From an uncultured bacterium (lineage in GTDB: Bacteria; Patescibacteriota; Minisyncoccia; UBA6257; 2-01-FULL-56-20), in assembly GCA_963718575.1 (NCBI GenBank), contig OY970358.1:322172-386171 (forward strand): 64,000 nt of DNA, read 5' to 3'. The notes below the pieces were generated by a model. That model made no database searches. It was not told where the DNA came from and worked only from the letters and a program-made list of their open reading frames with translations. The position numbers and the translations under genes are program-made. Each line of letters begins with the position of its first letter. Within the stretch, counting starts at the first letter, position 1. This document shows positions 47,332 to 55,920 of this stretch, in pieces.

Positions 47332-48279
47332 TTATATCTCTATCCTCCACGCGCCATACGTTCCGCCGTCGGCGCCCCGTTGTGCTGCGCTAAATTTCTC
47401 CAAAAGCGTTTTCGTGATCGGCCCGGACGTGCCGCCGGCGATCGGTCGCTTGTCCACCGATAATATTGGAATGACGCGCGCGGAACTGCCGGAGAGAAAT
47501 GCCTCCTCGGCGATGTAGAGCTCCGTGCGATCCACCGCGCGCTCCTCTACCGGAATCCCCGCATCGCGTGCGATCGCGATCACGCTCGCACGCGTGATGC
47601 CTTCCAAAAGATCGGCGCTCACACTGGGCGTGATCAAAACGCCGTTCCGCACGATAAAGATATTCGACACTGTCCCCTCCGCGACGTGGCCGCTCGCGTC
47701 GAGCACGATCGCATCATCGTAGCCGTTCAAGATCGCTTCGTTCTTGATGAGCGAATTGTTGGCATAGCCGCCATTCACCTTCGCGCGCGGCGGGATCACG
47801 TTGTCACTGCCGTGCGTCCAGCTCGAGACGCACACGTTCACGCCCGCGCGCGGCAGGATCGCTCCCATCGGATAGATGTATGCGGAAAGCGCTTGCGGCA
47901 GGTCGTGGATCTTCGTTCCCGCGATGAGCGCGTCGACGAACACCGTGGCCCGCACGAGCACATCCTCGTTCCCGATGGCGTCGGCGTTCCGCGCGATCAA
48001 TTCGCGCATCGTCGCCTCGAACTTTTCATACGGCCACGCCGGTGCGAATTTATTGAAGTCCATGATCGCCGCGGAGTTCACTAGCCGCTTATAATGATCT
48101 TTCAATCGAAAGGCGTAGTGCTTTTTATCCGCCTCATTCCAGTTGACACTGAACACCGTGTAAATGCTTAGACCATAGAGCACCGGCGAACTCGCGATGC
48201 TCACATTCGCGGACGCGAACGGCACGAACGCATCGCGCATAAACGCCTGACCCTGCGTGTAATCAAACGGAGATGCCAT
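47332..48279 (-). CDS. Class IV aminotransferase (branched-chain/D-amino-acid aminotransferase family)
   Basis: Fold-type IV PLP pattern ...EGTVSNIFIVRNGVLITP... Confidence 0.75.
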   Translation of the reverse strand: MASPFDYTQGQAFMRDAFVPFASANVSIASSPVLYGLSIYTVFSVNWNEADKKHYAFRLKDHYKRLVNSAAIMDFNKFAPAWPYEKFEATMRELIARNADAIGNEDVLVRATVFVDALIAGTKIHDLPQALSAYIYPMGAILPRAGVNVCVSSWTHGSDNVIPPRAKVNGGYANNSLIKNEAILNGYDDAIVLDASGHVAEGTVSNIFIVRNGVLITPSVSADLLEGITRASVIAIARDAGIPVEERAVDRTELYIAEEAFLSGSSARVIPILSVDKRPIAGGTSGPITKTLLEKFSAAQRGADGGTYGAWRIEI

Positions 48280-48339
48280 AATGGTTTTATTATATACCTG
48301 TTGGTGATAGGATTACATCCGGAACAAGAAAGAGGGGGT

Positions 48340-48447
48340 ATGTTCAAATCGCCCGCGCGCAGCCTCACATATGTGTTCATAGCGATGATCCTGTTCCTTA
48401 TTATGGCAGGATCGGTCGCCCATCATCTTCATCTCAACCTCCAGTGA
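48340..48447 (+). CDS. Candidate small hydrophobic peptide (35 aa): MFKSPARSLTYVFIAMILFLIMAGSVAHHLHLNLQ
   Basis: AGAGG-like RBS about 4 nt upstream. Single TM helix. A terminator follows immediately. Not in the ORF track because it is below the size cut-off. Confidence 0.3.
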   Translation: MFKSPARSLTYVFIAMILFLIMAGSVAHHLHLNLQ

Positions 48448-48468
48448 AGCAATCGCTCCTGACATACC

Positions 48469-48506
48469 AAAGGCGCATATCCCGAGGGATATGCGCCTTT
48501 TTTCTT
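48469..48506 (+). terminator. Rho-independent terminator
   Basis: aaaggcgcatatccc-gag-ggatatgcgccttttttc. Confidence 0.75.
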
Positions 48507-48634
48507 TCGTGCGGAAGGCGGAATAACGTTCGAAGGATTTTGTGGTCTGATAAGGAGAAATAAATCTTATTTCTTCATATTTGACAACTATTCATATTCT
48601 ATGTTAGAATACTCACAGCGTTTAGGAGGGCGCA

Positions 48635-49009
48635 ATGAAGAAGATTTGTTCTTTCTGCTGGATTCTCTTGTTTGCAACTCAAACAGCAGTAGGGCTCGTA
48701 AGCACGTACGTGGCGTCTTGTGTTGTTTTATTCCTCGTTCGTTTCTTATGTCAACTCTTCGATCTCCATCCGCAAGTTCCACAAATTCTTCTGCGGATTC
48801 CGCAAGTTCTGGATTTCTTCTACAATATGGAATGGGATATTAATCCCGGCAGGACACTTCTTGGAGTAGTAGCGATTTACTTCATAGTGTTCCAACTCTT
48901 GGGACTTACGGCCACGATTTTCCTCCGCTATTACCTCGGGAAGGAAGCTTACTGGAAGAAACGGAGAAACTTCGTACATAGCAGATGGGATGATGACTGC
49001 GGGTATTAA
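48635..49009 (+). CDS. Hypothetical membrane protein (124 aa), AT-rich
   Basis: Three predicted TM helices. Followed by the terminator at 49046-49077. Confidence 0.45.
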   Translation: MKKICSFCWILLFATQTAVGLVSTYVASCVVLFLVRFLCQLFDLHPQVPQILLRIPQVLDFFYNMEWDINPGRTLLGVVAIYFIVFQLLGLTATIFLRYYLGKEAYWKKRRNFVHSRWDDDCGY

Positions 49010-49045
49010 GACGAGTGCCCGGAATACACCCTCCCATAACGAGAG

Positions 49046-49077
49046 AAGGGCTGTTATGAAAACGGCCCTTTTTATTT
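49046..49077 (+). terminator. Rho-independent terminator
   Basis: aagggctg-ttatgaaaa-cggccctttttattt. Confidence 0.6.
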
Positions 49078-49240
49078 AGACATTTTTCTTTGTGGCTCTG
49101 TACCGCTCAGCGACGATGCTCTCTAGATAGGAAAATACATCTTCCAACACTGACATCTGACCCTGACTCTACGTGACATTGATAAACCGTGTAGCCAATC
49201 AGAAAAACCGACAGAATAAATTCGCCAATAATTAAAATCG

Positions 49241-49326
49241 TGGTACCCGGGGCCGGACTCGAACCGGCAAGACCTTACGGTCACGACATTTTAAGTGTCG
49301 CGCGTATACCATTCCGCCACCCGGGC
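49241..49326 (-). tRNA. tRNA-Leu (anticodon TAA), CCA encoded. Carries a G1·U72 wobble at the top of the acceptor stem.
   Basis: rc: GCCCGGGTGGCGGAATGGTATACGCGCGACACTTAAAATGTCGTGACCGTAAGGTCTTGCCGGTTCGAGTCCGGCCCCGGGTACCA. Confidence 0.8.
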
Positions 49327-49500
49327 TTTTCTCCGATTTCTGCCTCTATGAGTCGGCTTCAGACTGTGACAATTCGGGCAAAGAGCCCGCAAATTCTCAA
49401 TCCGATTATCATGCCTATCGCCATTAATGTGGTCGAGTTCTAAAGAAATCGGAAAGAATCCGACCATCGTCGGACTTTTTAGCCCATCCACACTCTTCAC
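49291..49500 (-). CDS. Small HNH endonuclease. The track ORF tail overlaps the tRNA-Leu(TAA) 5' end.
   Basis: ELDHINGDRHDNRIENLRALCPNCHS. Confidence 0.65.
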   Translation of the reverse strand: MKSVDGLKSPTMVGFFPISLELDHINGDRHDNRIENLRALCPNCHSLKPTHRGRNRRKARVAEWYTRDT

Positions 49501-49784
49501 AATATGGCAATTTTAATCCAACTGCAAATCATAATTTCCCCCGGCTTCACGGAGATGGAGCTTGCTTAATACCTGTCGATAGCTAAGAGAATTAGCTACT
49601 GCCTCTTTGAGTTGTTCGTCGGTCCAGGTTCTTTTCTTCATTAAGAAAAGGATATAACACCGACATTAAAACTATATTAAATTTTTAGAACTTGATTGAG
49701 GCCACGGCGGGAATTGCACCCGCGCATCGCCCTTTTGCAGAGGGCTGTGTTACTGCTTCACCACGTGGCCATGGTTCGCGAGCG

Positions 49785-50147
49785 CTATTCCTCCGGCTCG
49801 CCTTCCTCCTCCCGAGCCTTAATAGTATCCTGCCCTAATAATTTTTCAACCAGCGCCGCGTTCTCGAAGCCGTGGTCGATCTCGAAGAAGATGCGCGGCA
49901 TCGGCTTGATGTTTATTTTTTTGAGCAGAAGGTGCTGGAGATATCCCGCATTCTTTGCGAGCTCTTCGATCACTTGCTTCTCCGCCGACGCCGGGATCAC
50001 ACTCACCTCCACGCGCGCGCCTTCCAGTTTTTTATCCACCTTCACTTCCGTGATCGTCGCGAGCGCGGGAAGCTCCACTTCGCGAAGGATCATCTTCGAA
50101 AGCTCCTCGCGTATCAGCTTTCCCACCCGCTCGGAACGAAAGTTCAT
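49785..50147 (-). CDS. rbfA: Ribosome-binding factor A
   Basis: MNFRSERVGKLIREELSKMILREVELPALATITEVKV... Confidence 0.85.
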   Translation of the reverse strand: MNFRSERVGKLIREELSKMILREVELPALATITEVKVDKKLEGARVEVSVIPASAEKQVIEELAKNAGYLQHLLLKKINIKPMPRIFFEIDHGFENAALVEKLLGQDTIKAREEEGEPEE

Positions 50148-50183
50148 GTGATTTTAATGTTTGATGCGCGGCGCGCACGGGAG

Positions 50184-51683
50184 TTATTTTCTGATCAATA
50201 ATTTATCCCCCACTTGGACGAGCATTGTCGAATCGATCAGCACGCCGATCTCCTTGCCTTTGTCCGCCTGGAAGATCTCGCTCTTTTTTTCGCGCAAGCC
50301 CAACACTTTTCCATTGCCCACCGGCGTCGAGCCGACGTGGCCGCGCACGATGTCGAACGATGCCTTTCCATGGAACGTGCCGCCGATCACGCGTCCGCCC
50401 ACCAGTTGCTTCTGCGGCTTCTCCTGATTGAAGAGCGCGAGCACCTCGAGCTCGCCCGCTCCCGCCGGGCCGCGCGCGCCGCTAAAGTATTCCTCCACTG
50501 CGGTCGAAAGATCGTACACGATCTCCGACGTGATCACCGTCACCGACTGCGCATCGGCGAGCACCTTCGCGCCTTTCTCCACGCGATTTTTGAAACCGAT
50601 GATCGTCGCCTTCGTCGCGATCGCGTGGCGAATGTCTCCGTCCGTGATATCGCCTACGCCTTCCTCTACTATGTTGATCTCCTTGCCGCCCTTCTGGTCG
50701 ATGCCGCGCAGAACAACAGAGAGCGCTTCGAGTGATCCCGCGTCGCCGGCCTTAAGAATTAAGTTCAACGTATTCGGCTTGGACTTTGCGATCTGATTCG
50801 TCACAGTAGCAGAAGCGCCACTTGCACCCGACGCTTTCGCCCCCGGCGTTGCCTGCTCCGATAATTCCCCCACCGCAAATTCCTCGCCAACCTTCGGGAT
50901 TGTTTCCAAACCAATGATAAGCGCGGGCGCGGATGGTTCAAGCGACGAAACGGTTTTGCCCAAAAAGTCTTCCAAGATTTTTACTTTGCCGGATGCCGTG
51001 TGCGTTTTGATCGCATCGCCACGATGCAACGTGCCATTCTTTACGATGACCGTCGCCTCGATGCCGCGCTTCGGATCGCGCTTTGCCTCGAGCACAAAAC
51101 CGGACGCCTCGGCGGATGCATCGTACGTGAGCTCCTCCACATCTGCGGCAAGCAAGATAAGATCGAGCAGATCCGGAACGCCCTCGCCCGTCTTTGCGGA
51201 AACAGCGCAGTAACTCACCTGCCCGCCGTAGCCTTCGAGTAAAACACCCGCGGCCATGAGGTCGTTGCGTGCCTTATCCAAATTGCCGCCGGTCTTATCC
51301 ACTTTATTGATCGCGACGATGAATGGCGTCTTCGCGTCGAGGATGATCTGGATCACCTCCTTCGTCTGGGGCTTTACGCCTTCATCTGCGGCCACGACGA
51401 GGATCGCGAGATCCGCCACCTTCGCTCCGCGCGAACGCATCGCGGTGAACGCCTCGTGTCCGGGCGTATCGATGAAAGTGATCTTTCGGTCGGCATGTAC
51501 TATTTCGTACGCGGCAGTGGCCTGCGTGATCCCGCCCGCCTCGCGCGCGGCGATATTCGCCTTGCGGATGTAATCGAGCAAGGTCGTCTTGCCATGGTCA
51601 ACGTGCCCCATCACGACGACAATCGGCGGGCGGGTTTTGACGGCAGATGCTATAGCGATATTTTTGAGTGTTTCCTTTGGCAT
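50184..51683 (-). CDS. infB: Translation initiation factor IF-2 (short form without the N-terminal extension)
   Basis: [34 protein letters not shown]. Upstream of rbfA. Confidence 0.9.
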   Translation of the reverse strand: MPKETLKNIAIASAVKTRPPIVVVMGHVDHGKTTLLDYIRKANIAAREAGGITQATAAYEIVHADRKITFIDTPGHEAFTAMRSRGAKVADLAILVVAADEGVKPQTKEVIQIILDAKTPFIVAINKVDKTGGNLDKARNDLMAAGVLLEGYGGQVSYCAVSAKTGEGVPDLLDLILLAADVEELTYDASAEASGFVLEAKRDPKRGIEATVIVKNGTLHRGDAIKTHTASGKVKILEDFLGKTVSSLEPSAPALIIGLETIPKVGEEFAVGELSEQATPGAKASGASGASATVTNQIAKSKPNTLNLILKAGDAGSLEALSVVLRGIDQKGGKEINIVEEGVGDITDGDIRHAIATKATIIGFKNRVEKGAKVLADAQSVTVITSEIVYDLSTAVEEYFSGARGPAGAGELEVLALFNQEKPQKQLVGGRVIGGTFHGKASFDIVRGHVGSTPVGNGKVLGLREKKSEIFQADKGKEIGVLIDSTMLVQVGDKLLIRK

Positions 51684-51835
51684 AAATAGAGGTAAATCGG
51701 AAATATTAAAACAATATTAACTTCCAAACTCGCATAAATTATAGCAAAAATCGGCCAATAATACAAGCATTGAAGGAGCATTGTCCGCCGTTACTTGAGA
51801 AAACCCGCGTAATCATCTACACTCTACCAGTAAGT

Positions 51836-51922
51836 GGAGACGTGGCCGAGTGGCTGAAGGCAGCATCCTGCTAAGATGTTAGGGGAGAAATCCCCTCGAA
51901 GGTTCGAATCCTTCCGTCTCCG
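51836..51922 (+). tRNA. tRNA-Ser (anticodon GCT)
   Basis: GGAGACGTGGCCGAGTGGCTGAAGGCAGCATCCTGCTAAGATGTTAGGGGAGAAATCCCCTCGAAGGTTCGAATCCTTCCGTCTCCG. Long variable arm. Confidence 0.85.
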
Positions 51923-52038
51923 CAGACAAGGCGATTGTATCGTAGCGATCGTCTTATATAGGTTTTTAGTGCGACCGACATATATGAGGGCACCAGGACG
52001 CCCGAACTTTTTGGTGTTAAAATGAAACTGCTACGCAT

Positions 52039-53073
52039 ATGAAATTAGATGATGTATACGCTGCAGCAGACAAATTGAGGCGATCTGCTGCAGCCATGCA
52101 AAAAGAAGCGAAAGCAGTAAAAACTGCTTGCTTGGATATCAACACATCGTGGAGCCAGTCGGCTCTCACTCGGCACGCAAAATTCTATTTCCGCAACTAT
52201 GAAGAGCCTCCCGCAACTAGTCGGTTCAATATTGAGTGGGGCCTAATTCATGGAATTCCCGACGGCTGGGAAGAAAGATCCAATGAAGAAGTTTGCCAAG
52301 AAATTGAAAAAAGGAGCGGAGCATCTCTCGATGATTTTAAAGAAAAAGTTACGAAGCTCGAAGACGAATTCGAGGCTTTAAAGCGAGACACTTCTCTTGT
52401 GCTGATAGAGGAAGGAATCGCGGACGTTTCGGAGATTGAGGGTTTTAAGTTTGAGAACGCAACGGATTATTTTAATACGTTAAATCCGACTACTTATATG
52501 ACGCGTGACAGTGCGGCCATCACCTCTGGAAGGTATATCGCACCCCACATTTATTTCGAGGCCGTCGCGATGTCAGCTCTAGGGATCGAAGGGCAGCTTG
52601 ATGAATTCATATATAAGATTAAAAAGCTCGGCGTAGGGACTGGCACTCCTCAAAAGAGCAACGATTTCTGGAATACGATCCACCCAGCGATAAGATCAGT
52701 TTCGGAAAAACAATTTAAGAATGGACATTATCTCGATGCCGTTCGTTCTGCGTTCATCGAATTCAATGATAAAGTAAAGCAAAAATACAAAAAAGACGCG
52801 GGTACAGAGGAAGATGGATTCAATTTAATGAAATTAGCTTTCGGCGACTTTTCAGCATCTAATTCAAGCTTCAACGGAACCGTGAAATACAGCCTGGCAG
52901 ATCTATCAACGGATTCAGGAAAGAATTTCCAAAAAGGTTTTTCGCTCATGTCGGCTGGAGCAGTTCTCGGCTTAAGAAATCCACGAGCCCATGCGAACGT
53001 TATGGACGAGAAGGACGAAGCTATTCACTTAATTTTTTTGGCAAGCTGGCTTATGAGAACTGCGTTTCCATAA
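52039..53073 (+). CDS. Two-domain protein: a novel N-terminal region plus a C-terminal HEPN-like domain (Rx4H: LRNPRAH), resembling the TIGR02391 'Abi C-terminal' family
   Basis: C-terminus ...FWNTIHP...NGHYLDAVRSAFIEFNDKV...FSLMSAGAVLGLRNPRAHANVMDEKDEAIHLIFLASWLMR. AT-rich. Confidence 0.55.
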   Translation: MKLDDVYAAADKLRRSAAAMQKEAKAVKTACLDINTSWSQSALTRHAKFYFRNYEEPPATSRFNIEWGLIHGIPDGWEERSNEEVCQEIEKRSGASLDDFKEKVTKLEDEFEALKRDTSLVLIEEGIADVSEIEGFKFENATDYFNTLNPTTYMTRDSAAITSGRYIAPHIYFEAVAMSALGIEGQLDEFIYKIKKLGVGTGTPQKSNDFWNTIHPAIRSVSEKQFKNGHYLDAVRSAFIEFNDKVKQKYKKDAGTEEDGFNLMKLAFGDFSASNSSFNGTVKYSLADLSTDSGKNFQKGFSLMSAGAVLGLRNPRAHANVMDEKDEAIHLIFLASWLMRTAFP

Positions 53074-53179
53074 TTGATATCTGATAACCCTCAGGATTGG
53101 TTTTTTGATGCTCTCTGGCGTAAGATGAAGTTATTAAAAAATCATTAAAAAACAGGGGTATTCTAGCCTCCGTTCAACC

Positions 53180-54250
53180 ATGGCTGTCTCTATTAAAAAT
53201 ATCAATAAGTACGTGCAGGCCATAGCCCAAAGCGGACTCACTATTTATGATCCCATCGAAATCGGCGATCCGAATCTTTGGATTCCATCTCAAGAACTCG
53301 AAGTCCTACTGAATCAAAAACTCAAGGGTATATCTCTCGACGGACTGCCTCTCCGGACGCGATCCAAAGTCGTTAAACAAAAAGTTTGCGAATCTCTTGG
53401 CTATCCCACGCCGGAAACTTTCGAGAAAACACAGCCGCGCTTTCCGGGCCAATGTTTCGACACCTATATTCAAAAATCAAACAATCTACAGATATGGAAT
53501 GAGGAATTATCACCCACAAGAAGGTACGTCCTTATTAAGGTAAGCGAAAAAGATTTGATTGAAAAAGTTCGAGTGGTAAGCGGAGACACGCTTGCCGTCC
53601 TTGATACCACGGGAACCCTCACCCAGAAGTATCAGGCGAGACTTATTGTCGGCCAAAAGATTTCCGAATTGATATCATCGTCAGATACGAGCCGCGTTAA
53701 AGAAATCACCAATGGCTTCGATGAGAAAAAGGTAAACTTGGCCGATCCTACTGATCATGCCGATGGCGAAAATCTTTTACCGATTAAACTTATTCATGAA
53801 CGACTCTCGAAAATTATTGGGAAGACTTTCTCGGATTCAGGCCATGACCAAGAAAGAAATCGCGGAGGTTTCTTACATAAGTTAGTCTGCGAATCCCTTG
53901 GCTATAAAACCTACCATGATAATGGACAGTTTCCTGATGTACCAAATCAGCTTTTAGAGATCAAATTGCAGACCTCGCCAACGATTGATTTAGGACTCGT
54001 GAACCCTGACAGCAAAACTGCTTTGGATACGCCAAAGATCAATGGAAAACAGATACGGCATTGCGATGTTAGGTATGCACTTTTTTATGCCAAAATCGCC
54101 AACAAGCATGTAACGATAACAAATTTTTTCCTCGTCACCGGAGAAGAATTCTTTTCCCGATTCCCGAGATTTGAGGGAAAGATTATTAACAAAAAGATTC
54201 AGATACCCTTACCCGCCGATTTCTTCGAGTTCAATCCGAAAGCCATATAG
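53180..54250 (+). CDS. Candidate restriction endonuclease of the MutH/Sau3AI-like PD-(D/E)xK type with an internal domain duplication
   Basis: D-x6-E-x-K motif (PDVPNQLLEIKLQ) in the C-terminal half. Repeated VCESLGY(P/K)T modules at about aa 70 and about aa 245. Convergent with, and overlapping, the methyltransferase gene. Confidence 0.5.
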   Translation: MAVSIKNINKYVQAIAQSGLTIYDPIEIGDPNLWIPSQELEVLLNQKLKGISLDGLPLRTRSKVVKQKVCESLGYPTPETFEKTQPRFPGQCFDTYIQKSNNLQIWNEELSPTRRYVLIKVSEKDLIEKVRVVSGDTLAVLDTTGTLTQKYQARLIVGQKISELISSSDTSRVKEITNGFDEKKVNLADPTDHADGENLLPIKLIHERLSKIIGKTFSDSGHDQERNRGGFLHKLVCESLGYKTYHDNGQFPDVPNQLLEIKLQTSPTIDLGLVNPDSKTALDTPKINGKQIRHCDVRYALFYAKIANKHVTITNFFLVTGEEFFSRFPRFEGKIINKKIQIPLPADFFEFNPKAI

Positions 54251-55917
54251 ACCCGCGAATTTAATTTCGCCTCAAGATCGTTTGTTTTTGCGCTGGGCGA
54301 GATTTTATACATTTGCCTTGCAATAACAACAATCTCTTTTGAGATTTTTAGATCGGGATTCGGCAACGGAAAATTCTCAACATATTGAGTAATGAAACGA
54401 CGCCGGCCTGAATATAGCTTGTTATTAAAGCTATGATCATAAAATTCTTCGATGAAGCTTGAGTTGGCGACTGCCAAGGCTAGCCAAAGTAAATCAGATT
54501 CTTTTTTATCGCTCAACGAAAGCCAGTAGCAATCGCCATTCACGACGCTCCCGCTTAGGTCCATCCAGAACACTGGCTTTTCCGAGATGTCCCGAAAAAC
54601 GAGCTTGGGCTGCTTCCAGGCATCAGGGTTATGAGGAACCCATATCTCAAACCAGTTGCGATTCGACTCTGCAATATAAGTCCTACTTGCGAGCTGTTTT
54701 TTATGGGACTCGAGATATTTTTTAACGATGGGAAATTTCGCAAGATCAATTGCCTTCCTTACCCCATCTTTTACCTCGTGTGGATAAATCACATACTTGA
54801 TCGGCTCATTGGCCTTAAAACGCCTAGCTACATGATGTGTAATTAATGGCTGCAGGATTTCGGGCAACCGTCCCGAAAATTTTTCCATATCTGCATCGGA
54901 GAGAATAAAAACGTTGTCGGCAGTTGTTTTTATGCCAACCCTTATCTTTCCGATATCCTTAAATGTCAGCTTCGTTTTTGATCTCACTTGCTCGAGCCAA
55001 TCGTCAGCTTGCTGAGTCGCCAATCTCCAGACATCGCCATGTTTCTTTCCATGATCCAAGGTTCCGTGGAGCACCTTAAATAAATCGCCATCGCTTTTCG
55101 CCAGAGCATTGAAGACTAAAGTAGGATTGGGATTTTTAGTTCCTTCCTGAAGATAAATTGAGGTAAATTTTGGCTGGTGAACCTCATCTGGCATGCCTTT
55201 TGCTTTCTCAAGTAATAAAACTGCCGGAAGTACGGCTGCTTCAAACAAGCGGGTGTCACCGAAATCCCAAACATGTAAAATATTAAAACTGGACAATAAA
55301 TTTTTCCTCACCGTAACCCCCGATTTCGTTGTCAAAAATCGGTTCGACACTATGATGCCTAAAATCCCATTTGATTTTAAAATCTTTTCGATGCCCTTAA
55401 GGAACGCATGATAAAGATCTACCCTCCCGGAAAGGTTGAATTGTTTTGCTAATCGCTTTGCCTTTTCAGATCCCATTACCTGGGTTCTTACGTAGGGAGG
55501 GTTTGCAATAACAATATCGAATCGCGAAGCTTCAGTCGCTGGCGAGAATAGTGATTCATTATAGAAGTCTAGAACCCACTCCAGAAAATCTCGCTTCTCG
55601 ATCCTCAGAGAAGTCGAAGGAAAATTCTCACTAATTAACTTTTGTGAGGCATTTACAGCATCCTGACTGATATCACAGCCGAATACCTCTAGATTGTTAA
55701 GGTTTCTATCATGCGCGAGCTTAATCAAACTAAGCAAAAGCTCTCCGTCGCCTACCGCAGGATCAATTATTCTAATCTTGTGCTTTTTATCCAAGATCCT
55801 TGTTTCCAACTGATCCAAAATTTGAGCTGCGACAAAGTCCGCTAAGGAAGTCGGCGTGTAATGAGCCCCCGTATCCTTTCTTAACTGCATATCAAATTGT
55901 GTATCCAAATTTGGCAT
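54199..55917 (-). CDS. N6-adenine DNA methyltransferase (gamma-class, Eco57I/TaqI-like) with a C-terminal target-recognition region
   Basis: TGAHYTP (motif X). IIDPAVGDGELL (motif I). IVIANPPY (motif IV). 572 aa. Confidence 0.85.
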   Translation of the reverse strand: MPNLDTQFDMQLRKDTGAHYTPTSLADFVAAQILDQLETRILDKKHKIRIIDPAVGDGELLLSLIKLAHDRNLNNLEVFGCDISQDAVNASQKLISENFPSTSLRIEKRDFLEWVLDFYNESLFSPATEASRFDIVIANPPYVRTQVMGSEKAKRLAKQFNLSGRVDLYHAFLKGIEKILKSNGILGIIVSNRFLTTKSGVTVRKNLLSSFNILHVWDFGDTRLFEAAVLPAVLLLEKAKGMPDEVHQPKFTSIYLQEGTKNPNPTLVFNALAKSDGDLFKVLHGTLDHGKKHGDVWRLATQQADDWLEQVRSKTKLTFKDIGKIRVGIKTTADNVFILSDADMEKFSGRLPEILQPLITHHVARRFKANEPIKYVIYPHEVKDGVRKAIDLAKFPIVKKYLESHKKQLASRTYIAESNRNWFEIWVPHNPDAWKQPKLVFRDISEKPVFWMDLSGSVVNGDCYWLSLSDKKESDLLWLALAVANSSFIEEFYDHSFNNKLYSGRRRFITQYVENFPLPNPDLKISKEIVVIARQMYKISPSAKTNDLEAKLNSRVYMAFGLNSKKSAGKGI

Positions 55918-55920
55918 TGT

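Noticed and set aside
49241-49326. Group I intron in tRNA-Leu(UAA), considered because of the adjacent HNH endonuclease
   Set aside because: The anticodon stem-loop is intact (CTTAAAA loop) with no insertion. The HNH gene is simply adjacent.
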